In this document: piece by piece, positions 63,636 to 64,000 of the stretch
Numbering within the stretch: position 1 is the stretch's first letter
Layout of the letters: each line of letters begins with the position of its first letter
NCBI RefSeq assembly: GCF_006345805.1
Contig: NC_043002.1
Coordinates: 19,220,001-19,284,000, forward strand
Length of the DNA: 64,000 bases
From: Octopus sinensis
Taxonomy: Eukaryota
Direction: 5' to 3'
Position numbers and translations under genes: made by a program
The notes under the pieces: generated by a model
What the model saw: only the letters and a program-made list of their open reading frames with translations
What the model was told of the DNA's origin: nothing
Database searches by the model: none

Positions 63636-64000
63636 CCTCTTCTCAATTCTTCTCATTATTGCTTTCTTTTTCTGTTCGCGTTGTGAGAAAATTGCTGCCT
63701 CCATTTAAGAGAGTTCGAAGTTGTGATATTATTGTGTGTGCTAACTGTTTTGAACAGTGCCCGTTGTAAAACGGTAATTTTCGCCCTACGGGGCAGAAAA
63801 TTTGTATTACCTGCATTTTTGTTACCTTCGAGGTAAATTTTTTGAAATGGAGTTCGACTTGACGTCGAAGGAAGATTTTCCCGTGATGGGAAAAAGTGAA
63901 AATAAGGATAAAGAAGTACCCAAACAGTCATTCTCGGCCGCGGTAGGCGGCGCCATGTTGGATGTCGAGTTTAAAATCGAACAGCTATATGAATACAGGA
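63636..64000 (+). mobile_element. Second, head-to-tail L1/Tx1 copy (5' UTR and ORF1 start at 63847, runs off the window)
   Basis: Similar but not identical to 58309-58672; ORF1 begins MEFDLTSKEDFP. Confidence 0.92.

Overview
AT-rich, microsatellite-dense animal genomic DNA with no bacterial gene organisation. The tRNA-derived SINE families suggest a cephalopod, probably Octopus; this rests on my recognition of the repeats and was not verified. Most of the window is transposon-derived: several SINE families, R4/Dong fragments, a solo LTR, a Neptune-like Penelope element with inverted ends, mariners (one near-intact, one in a 1.76-kb tandem duplication), Helitron, piggyBac, Gypsy, RTE and R2-like remnants, a CR1-group LINE, and an L1/Tx1 family. 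The L1/Tx1 family occurs as a full-length copy followed head-to-tail by a second copy, plus ORF1-bearing derivatives. Reading splice signals by hand reveals a gene the ORF track misses: four phase-1-linked coding exons (28881-38995, +) encoding a ~132-aa secreted protein with a signal peptide and 12 cysteines, with a remnant of a paralogous last exon near 8.3 kb. A second system is a possibly site-preferring Tx1 LINE whose structured 3' end is shared with an ORF1-only element and a multimeric SINE. It lies in a ~21-kb block where every protein-coding TE remnant I recognised is on the + strand.
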